DNA of 64,000 nucleotides, from NCBI GenBank assembly GCA_965217895.1, contig CBDCJV010000002.1, positions 4,448,001 through 4,512,000 of the forward strand, in the 5' to 3' direction. A model generated the notes under the pieces. It was given only the letters and a program-made list of their open reading frames with translations. It ran no database searches and was not told the origin of the DNA. The position numbers and the translations under genes are program-made. Positions 60,026-64,000 of the stretch are shown here, piece by piece. This DNA is from Waterburya sp. GTDB lineage: Bacteria > Cyanobacteriota > Cyanobacteriia > Cyanobacteriales > Xenococcaceae. Numbering within the stretch: the stretch's first letter is position 1; the number at the start of each line of letters is the position of its first letter.

Positions 60026-60265
60026 TTACGACACCTAATTTATTAAACTTTACAAGATCAGAAAAGCTTGCTCAGAAAAATATCCGACATATAAATATTG
60101 AAATAGTTGTGTTTACGACAAATAAATTGTGAAAACAACTAGAGAAAAGAAGAAACGGAAAAATAGTCTAAATAACAATACAATGCTTAAGCAGAAAGCT
60201 TTTGAGGATGTTTACCATAACGACATCATTTTTTTAAGTTGCGACATTTAATTATTGAATGTACA
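60026..60265 (-). repeat. CAST tnsB-proximal (right) end with TnsB-binding sites
   Basis: CGACA-containing units near 60030, 60085, 60116, 60221 and 60242; terminal TGAATGTACA. Confidence 0.88.
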
Positions 60266-60369
60266 ATAAGCGAATACAGCTTCCTCCAAAGGTTGCAAGT
60301 GGCATACTCAAAGCTCCAGCCGTTTTAAGTATTTCAATTGTTTGGGTATTTTTCAGTAAGTTAGAGCAA

Positions 60370-60391
60370 AAATTGGGTGTAAATTGGGTGT
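60370..60391 (+). repeat. Tandem AAATTGGGTGT direct repeat, candidate integrase arm site
   Basis: Two perfect 11-bp copies just upstream of the integrase. Confidence 0.5.
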
Positions 60392-60434
60392 AATTTTTAT
60401 TAGAGTTGAGATGTAATTACACTTAACTCCTGCA

Positions 60435-61592
60435 ATGCAATCCAAATCCTCTTCACGCAAATCCACTAAAGGTTCGGTAGTAGTTTTTAACTCTCACGAC
60501 CGCCTACAGTTACGTTTTCGTTTTGGTTGTAAGCGTCACTATATCTCTTTAGGTCTAGCCGATACTCTTATCAATCGAAGATTTGCCGAATTAAAAGCAG
60601 CAGAAATCGAACAAGATATTTTGAAAGAAAAATTTGATACCACTTTAGAAAAGTATAAATCGGCTTCTGAAAGAGAAAAAAATAATCTTTCTTCTGAAGA
60701 AACAAACCAGTCATTGCCGAATTTAGACGAACTATGGAAAAAATATAGTGAGTTTAAAAAACCCCAAGTCAGCCCCAGTACTTTTGCCAAAGATTTTAAA
60801 AGACATGGCAATCATATCTCCAATTTACCTACTCGCTCTTTAGATCAAGCATCGGTCATTCGCGATTGGCTATTAAAACACAAATCTGTTGATACGGCAA
60901 AGCGTTGTCTAACTCAAATAAAGGCTTGCTGTAAATGGTCAGTCAAAGAGAAGCTTCTAGAAGCCAATCCTTTTGATCAGATGACAATTACTTTACCCAA
61001 AGGAACGGATGAATATGCCGATATAAAACCCTTTTCTAGAGAAGAAAGAGATTTGATTATTCAAACTTTTGCTGGCGATCGCTATTATTCTTTCTATACT
61101 CCTTACGTTCAATTTTTGTTCTTGACTGGATGTAGACCCTCAGAAGCAATTGCTTTGCAATGGAAACACATAAATTTAAAAGCAGTCCAGTTTCGACAAT
61201 CTGTAGTTATTTCTGAAGAGGGGTTGGTATGTAAACAAGGATTAAAAACTCAGAAAAAAAGAGACTTTTCCATTAATTCTCAACTACAAGCAATTCTGGC
61301 ACAAATCAAACCAAATTCAGTACAACTAGACTCATTTATCTTTTCCAGTCCCAAGGGAAAATATTTAGACCATAGTAATTTTTCTAGCCGTGCATGGAAA
61401 TCAATCTTAGCGAAAGCCAATATTCCCTATCGAAAAAGTTATCAAACAAGACACACATTTATTACTATGTGCCTTGAAGCCCACTACAATAGTACGGTAA
61501 TCGGAAGGTGGACAGGAACTTCAGCCAAGATGATAGATAAGCATTATGGAGCTACTAACTTCGCTAATCTTGAACCACCAAATCTTTTATAA
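60435..61592 (+). CDS. Tyrosine recombinase/integrase with N-terminal arm-binding domain
   Basis: RLQLRF..KRHYISLGL N-terminus; TGCRPSEA, YQTRHTF and KHY catalytic region. Confidence 0.92.
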   Translation: MQSKSSSRKSTKGSVVVFNSHDRLQLRFRFGCKRHYISLGLADTLINRRFAELKAAEIEQDILKEKFDTTLEKYKSASEREKNNLSSEETNQSLPNLDELWKKYSEFKKPQVSPSTFAKDFKRHGNHISNLPTRSLDQASVIRDWLLKHKSVDTAKRCLTQIKACCKWSVKEKLLEANPFDQMTITLPKGTDEYADIKPFSREERDLIIQTFAGDRYYSFYTPYVQFLFLTGCRPSEAIALQWKHINLKAVQFRQSVVISEEGLVCKQGLKTQKKRDFSINSQLQAILAQIKPNSVQLDSFIFSSPKGKYLDHSNFSSRAWKSILAKANIPYRKSYQTRHTFITMCLEAHYNSTVIGRWTGTSAKMIDKHYGATNFANLEPPNLL

Positions 61593-61603
61593 ACTTAATT
61601 TTC

Positions 61604-63601
61604 TTAGACACTATTTTCCCAAGAGCAAGATATAGTTGTTATTTGGCTTAACTGCTCTAAATCTCTAGCTGGTAAAGCTAAAATCAATTTTTTCAAAATA
61701 TCTATTTGAGTCGAAGCTGGTGCAGATTCCCACAGTCCAATCCAATCCCATAAATCTAACACTCCGCTAAAGTTAAAGATCTCTGATGCCAAATCCTCTG
61801 TATTCGCTAGAGGTAAGTGTTCGGTAGCTATCCGCACCACCTCCGCATCAGGGGAGATTGAATTATTACTTTTGCTACTAAAAGATTTTATTAGGGTTTG
61901 TAATAATTCTCTAAACCTAGATATATATCCTTGAGAATAGCCTGTAAGCTTGGCTATGGCTTGCTGAGTAATCTTTTTACTCTCAGAATGCAGTTGAGCT
62001 ACTGCTCCTTTTAAAGCCATTTCCAACTTCTCGATTTTAGTCGCAGCATCAGGGGTAATATCGACTGCTTTGACTAACTCTACAGTCACATCTAAGGGAT
62101 AATCTCCCAAAATGTAAACTGTTAAATCCTCTCCCACTCGGCGATTGGCTCTTAATCTACCCCAACCTTGATGGAGATTAGCCAGTATCCGACGGCGCAC
62201 AAATCGATTAAATTGCTCGTCACTGCTAACTTTCATCTCAAAGTAAGGATTAATATCTGGAGGTAAGGAATTAGTTAACTTAAGAGGATATTTAACCTCT
62301 TGTGTACCAACTTCAGGCTGTCGTCTGTATAGACAGGTAAAAACAGCAGCTAAACTAGCTAGATTAGGACAGGGAATACCATCGAGAATTAAAGTGTTGA
62401 GGTTTTCAGCATCATTGACTCCGCGAGACTCAATAAACCAGCGAAAATCTTGCTCGGTAGCGTATCTCTTAAATCGAATTACTCCTGCATCGGGACTATC
62501 TTTAAGTAACTGCTTGATTACTACTTCTACCTGCTGCTGTTGGTAATCACCTCGATGCTGTCCCAAACGTCCCATTCCCGCTATTTGAACATACCTGATT
62601 TTAGCTCCAGAACTAGGTTTGACGGCTATATAGTCAATCTCGCTAATCTCAACACCCAACAACAAAGCAAGCTCTTCTATCGATCCCGTAGCGTCAAGAA
62701 AAATATTTTTTTTAACCGCATTGGCAATGTTTACCAGATGTTGATTGGGGGTAGTAATAGTTAGAGTACTTTTAGATAAAGTAATATATCCTACTTCTCC
62801 TTGTAAAATATCTAAAAAGGGCATTAGCCATTGCTTGAGAACATTATCGGTTATGTGTTGAGCAGTTTGAGCGTCAGAGTCATTAAACTTTTTCCTGACA
62901 GATGAGGGTAAATTATTAATATCTTCTCCATATTCAGCAGTGGGGTTAAGAACGCTTAAATCTGGCTCAATAGCATTGAGGATTGCTGTTTTATCTAGAT
63001 GTTCGGGTAAAGTAGGAAATTCCTGCATCAAAGCCTGATGATTCCAACCAAAGCGAGTAGGGGGTTTTGCTTTAAATAACCTGCCCAAAGTAGTAAGTAT
63101 TGGCTGTAGCTGATTCAAGACTTGGGGAGCTTCTAGCAGCAAATTAGCTGCCAATTTGAGTAGATCGTGTTGAGTTACCTTAATTTGCCGAGTATTGGTC
63201 AGAATAGATGTCCATTCATCCCAAATCAGGAGACTATCGCCATATTCTTTAAAATTATCTGGATGGGGCAAACTAAAGGGATGTGTCCGTATCAAAGCTT
63301 TTTGCAGTACTTCTTGTCGAGAGGATAAATAGCCAAATACATAACCACCTTTACAAGCTTCATACCAATTACAACCCCGACAAATCAATTCTGCGCTATC
63401 AGCACCATTTACTGAGGCATTTTTAAGAGCCGTTATAGTTTCAGTCCGACCACAATTAGCCATAATAGTCTTGCCATCATCGACTTTGGCTACTCTCAAT
63501 TTACCTCGGACATCTTTAGTTAATCCTCCATGCCTGCCATCGAGATAATCCCAATTGGCTAAAGTACTTGTACTGGGATTTCTAGGATCGCTAGTAATAT
63601 G
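61604..63601 (-). pseudogene. Large mobile-element protein (possibly helicase/replication-type), 5' part cut off by IS982
   Basis: WDE, LDAT and QGWGRLRA helicase-like motifs; C-terminal HTH; the ORF-track N-terminus is IS sequence. Confidence 0.6.
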
Positions 63602-64000
63602 ACGTGAGTTCGGGTTAAGCAGAAGCAGATAAAACGAAGTCATCAATGGCAATAGACGGTTTTTTAGAGCGATGGCGAGCTTGCAACTAAGCCAGCCAGC
63701 AAATTAACGACAAAGTTAGTAGGTGAACGATGACGAGAGTGTTCGATCTGGCTGATATGCTTTAACTGTTCAATCACAGATTCAACGATTGCTCTTTTTC
63801 GTAATAGTTGTTTGTCCAGCATCGTCATCAATCGATTGTTCATATTCTTCTTGAATTTAGTCACTAGTATGACGTTAGAAGCTCTCAGGTCGCGCGCTAA
63901 AGGTGCAGAAATGTAACCTTTGTCGCCAAAAAACTGACCAAACTGCCCTTGAAGTAATTCTTTAACAGGTTTACGGTCGTCAATATTTCCTTTTGTTAAA
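63602..64000 (-). mobile_element. IS982-family element (partial), transposase with C-terminal frameshift
   Basis: GNIDDRKP, FGDKGYIS, RKRAIVESV and QIEHSRHRS motifs; terminal ACGTGAGTTCG at 63602. Confidence 0.9.

Larger units (their letters stand above)
29487..60265. mobile_element. Type V-K CRISPR-associated transposon (CAST), about 30.8 kb
   Basis: Terminal inverted repeats TGTACATTCAATAATTAA(G/A)TGTCG (23/24 match); cas12k, tracrRNA and array at one end, tnsB/tnsC/tniQ at the other; begins 54 nt after the tRNA PAM. Confidence 0.96.

Noticed and set aside
63602..63652. Start of the 682-aa ORF at 63652
   Set aside because: These codons lie inside the IS982 end; the real N-terminus is displaced

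Overview
Cyanobacterial chromosomal DNA (AT-rich, dense in HIP1 GCGATCGC octamers). Bases 1-29.4 kb are mostly core genes: a general-stress cluster, ctaCDE/ctaAB, a Dam-type methylase, uppP followed by a mazEF-like cassette and a duplicated uppP 3' end, a Fur-family regulator, purSQ and smtA. Directly after tRNA-Phe(GAA) lies a 30.8-kb type V-K CRISPR-associated transposon (CAST, 29487-60265). It has TGTACA-ended terminal inverted repeats, a delocalised 17-nt homing spacer against that tRNA (GTA PAM), a mini array, a tracrRNA, cas12k and tnsB/tnsC/tniQ. Its cargo is a complete type I-D CRISPR-Cas system (WYL, cas3', cas10d with internal cas11d, cas7, cas5, cas6, cas4, cas1, cas2, two arrays), toxin-antitoxin-like pairs (one lying inside a CRISPR array), and a ClpN / Uma2-fusion / Hen1 / Pnkp gene run. 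The V-K array leader is visibly homologous to both I-D leaders, which suggests the transposon carries the adaptation machinery for its own guide array. The CAST ends have no matching target-site duplication, a second decayed tracrRNA sits beside tniQ, and a tyrosine-integrase element interrupted by an IS982 follows the CAST. All family assignments are from motif recognition; no searches were run.
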